From Amoeboradix gromovi X-113 (Eukaryota; Fungi; Sanchytriomycota): a stretch of DNA of 8,748 bases. The DNA lies in contig JADGIF010000427.1 in the NCBI GenBank assembly GCA_018985225.1, positions 1 to 8,748 of the forward strand, written 5' to 3'. Positions 7,002 through 8,748 of this stretch are shown here, one piece after another (position 1 is the first letter of the stretch; each line of letters starts with the position of its first letter). The notes under the pieces are model-generated. The model did no database searches, was not told the DNA's origin, and worked only from the letters and a program-made list of their open reading frames with translations. The position numbers and the translations under genes are program-made.

Positions 7002-7961
7002 TTAATATTCAAAATAGTTTGCCATTTTCAAGTCGATACTCTTAGCGCATTCAAGAGCGTAGCCGTAATCAAATAAGCACAAGATGTTTATGTCATTTAC
7101 GTGTATCAGATTTTTGTCCTTTAAATCCCATATGATGCCAAGCAAATTTAAATTTTCCTCATGAGTTGGCATCAGCATTTTAAATATAGCCAAAATTCTT
7201 ATTATGGAGCACGGCAATGGTCCCAGCTGTAAACGATTTGGCGTCATCTTGCGCCTCTTCGTTCTTTTACTTCTGTTATCATTTACAAACAGATGCTTGT
7301 CATTGTCCATTGGAATAAAGCATCCTATAAAGACAGCGCACGCGAAATATTTCTGATAATAAGGTATACTAACTCTGATCGGAATTTCATTAAAATCCAT
7401 GTACCCGTCAAAACGCTCTAAACATTCTTCCGGATTTACTTTTCGCTCAATTAGCATTTTAGAGCAGCTCATTAGGTTTGAAAACTTGAGCAAATTAGTG
7501 TAATTCATCGATTTTTTATCTAAAACTCGCTGCCAGAACAAACACAACATCTTCATATCCTGATTACTTACTCCAATTGGTTCAAATGTTTGGTTGATCA
7601 TACTTTCTAATCCACTATAATCTAATTTGCGCTCGGAATTTACTAATATTATTTTAGGATAAAACCAACAGTTTGTAGGCTTAATTCGATGAAAATTGGC
7701 GGTCGAAATCATAATTAACTGTACGTTTCGAATTGTATGAACGTATTTGATAACTCTTAGGATCTCATTAGTCCTAGTTGTGAAATATATCTCTGAATTT
7801 TTGATAATAATTGTCCACCTCTTCATGGAGTTCCAAGTCTTTTTCTTGATTTTAGTATACAAATCTACGAGGGTAATTCCATCATATTCTAACGTATTAT
7901 CAGCTAGTTCGAAGTCTAAATCTTTGCTGTTTGTAAATATCCAAGAACACCAACTGATCAT
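7002..7961 (-). CDS. ORC5: Origin recognition complex subunit 5, divergent and short (319 aa)
   Basis: C-terminal pattern IPYYQKY..CAVFIGCFIP...D..LF...basic patch...LGPLPCSIIRILAIF matches ORC5 (LPYYSK.LLIAAYLASYNP...D.RFF...LLGPKPF.LDRLLAI). IIIKNSE and NVQLIMIS resemble AAA+ core strands. Confidence 0.8.
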   Translation of the reverse strand: MISWCSWIFTNSKDLDFELADNTLEYDGITLVDLYTKIKKKTWNSMKRWTIIIKNSEIYFTTRTNEILRVIKYVHTIRNVQLIMISTANFHRIKPTNCWFYPKIILVNSERKLDYSGLESMINQTFEPIGVSNQDMKMLCLFWQRVLDKKSMNYTNLLKFSNLMSCSKMLIERKVNPEECLERFDGYMDFNEIPIRVSIPYYQKYFACAVFIGCFIPMDNDKHLFVNDNRSKRTKRRKMTPNRLQLGPLPCSIIRILAIFKMLMPTHEENLNLLGIIWDLKDKNLIHVNDINILCLFDYGYALECAKSIDLKMANYFEY

Positions 7962-7994
7962 TTCCTTGTTTAAAAAAATTAAATAATAATAAAA

Positions 7995-8000
7995 TTTATT
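7995..8000 (-). terminator. Putative polyadenylation signal of NPC2
   Basis: AATAAA on the minus strand 7 nt after the stop. Confidence 0.5.
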
Positions 8001-8007
8001 TTAATCG

Positions 8008-8430
8008 TTAATCACCATGTTCTACAGTTAGATGCCCGGATATACATGTAACTTTTCCATTATCTTGATCAATAGCATCTACTCTCAAGACATAAGTACC
8101 AGGTAGCACTTCTTTTGGAACATCAAACTGTTTATTGATTTTACTATCACCGTCTAAAGGACAATGAAGATCGACCTCCCCTACTGCACTACACAAATCG
8201 TCAAGTCTATCAATAATTGGTATCGGGCCTACGAGCAATTGAGTGTGCAATTTACCTTTAGTTACCTTTTTAGTAAAAACTCCTTTCACCTCAACATCCA
8301 AAGACTTCCCAGGCTGAATTCGTCCAATTTTAAAGTATTCCACTTTAAAACTTCCATCCTTGCAAACATCAAGCTGAGTGTCTGTAATTTTAAAAGTTAG
8401 GGCCAAAATGCCGAGCAAGTATACTATCAT
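8008..8430 (-). CDS. NPC2: ML-domain (NPC2 / PG-PI transfer) lipid-binding protein with signal peptide, 140 aa
   Basis: Hydrophobic N-terminus, four Cys, PGK.L.V.V.G, DLC......L.CP and VPKEVLPGTY.L.V.A......VTC, as in fungal Npc2-type proteins. Confidence 0.88.
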   Translation of the reverse strand: MIVYLLGILALTFKITDTQLDVCKDGSFKVEYFKIGRIQPGKSLDVEVKGVFTKKVTKGKLHTQLLVGPIPIIDRLDDLCSAVGEVDLHCPLDGDSKINKQFDVPKEVLPGTYVLRVDAIDQDNGKVTCISGHLTVEHGD

Positions 8431-8611
8431 CGTAGCTGGCTAGTGTTTCAAGGATATTTTGAGCACTTAGAGCACGTCCCAAAAAGAAGTGCGAATTTTT
8501 CGAGACCGCCCGTAGTAGTACCAACTCATAATCTTTCTAAACAACTTGGCCTTTCACACCTAGTCAAATTCTTATGAGTGGCATTTTCCATTTGGGACAT
8601 CAAATATAAAA

Positions 8612-8655
8612 ACTGGACTAACTTTCTGTAACGACTGGACTAACTTTGTGTAACA
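8612..8655. repeat. Tandem direct repeat, 22 bp x 2
   Basis: ACTGGACTAACTTTCTGTAACG (8612-8633) and ACTGGACTAACTTTGTGTAACA (8634-8655), 20/22 identical. Confidence 0.9.
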
Positions 8656-8693
8656 ACTTGGAACATTATATCAGCTTTATTAATTTTATGGAT

Positions 8694-8747
8694 TTAAGAG
8701 GCGAGTGGACATTCAGCTAGTTGCGGAGTTGACGAGTATAAAAGGAG
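8694..8747 (-). CDS. Possible 3' end of a further minus-strand gene (partial)
   Basis: Frame LLLYSSTPQLAECPLAS ends in TAA at 8696-8694 with AATAAA at 8681-8676, like neighbouring genes. Too short to confirm. Confidence 0.25.
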   Translation of the reverse strand, partial: LLLYSSTPQLAECPLAS

Positions 8748-8748
8748 A

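Noticed and set aside
3937-8400. Track ORFs 3937-4143(-), 7747-7986(+) and 8164-8400(+)
   Set aside because: Antisense shadows of GMPPA, ORC5 and NPC2.
8505-8522. ACCGCCCGTAGTAGTACC, resembling the SSU rRNA 1400 region
   Set aside because: Isolated short match with no flanking rRNA similarity; it also shows that chance rRNA-like hits occur in this window.
8612-8655. CRISPR array or telomeric repeat
   Set aside because: Only two adjacent units with no spacers, eukaryotic context, internal location.
8688-8748. Plus-strand gene start at ATG 8688 with a GC-AG intron at 8701-8716 or 8701-8720
   Set aside because: Does not match the intron consensus, is truncated by the window edge, and a minus-strand gene end explains the region equally well.
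1-8748. Non-standard genetic code, mobile elements or prokaryotic operon
   Set aside because: All three stop codons end conserved proteins at expected positions, no transposase, RT or terminal repeats are seen, and the genes are eukaryotic housekeeping functions with no shared pathway.

Overview
AT-rich, extremely gene-dense eukaryotic DNA in the standard genetic code (TAA, TAG and TGA all end genes). The proteins look fungal or opisthokont; an early-diverging, probably zoosporic lineage is my inference. Gene order: partial unknown CDS (+), V-ATPase subunit G (+), coiled-coil protein with a C1q/TNF-like C-terminal domain (+), a ~0.9 kb non-coding gap, GMPPA-type mannose-1-phosphate guanylyltransferase (+), then a shortened Integrator subunit 2, CAF1/POP2 deadenylase, a shortened ORC5 and an NPC2/ML-domain lipid-transfer protein (all -). 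The main signal is two GT-AG introns of exactly 19 nt (2061-2079 and 4328-4346) that the ORF track misses. They are 14/19 identical, carry a branch-like YTAAT next to the 3' splice site, and each restores the expected C-terminus of its protein, pointing to a tiny-intron splicing system. Most intergenic gaps are 20-60 nt with AATAAA right after the stop codon, so the hairpin-rich gap at 2260-3177 stands out as a candidate ncRNA locus. All homology calls come from recalled motifs, not database searches.
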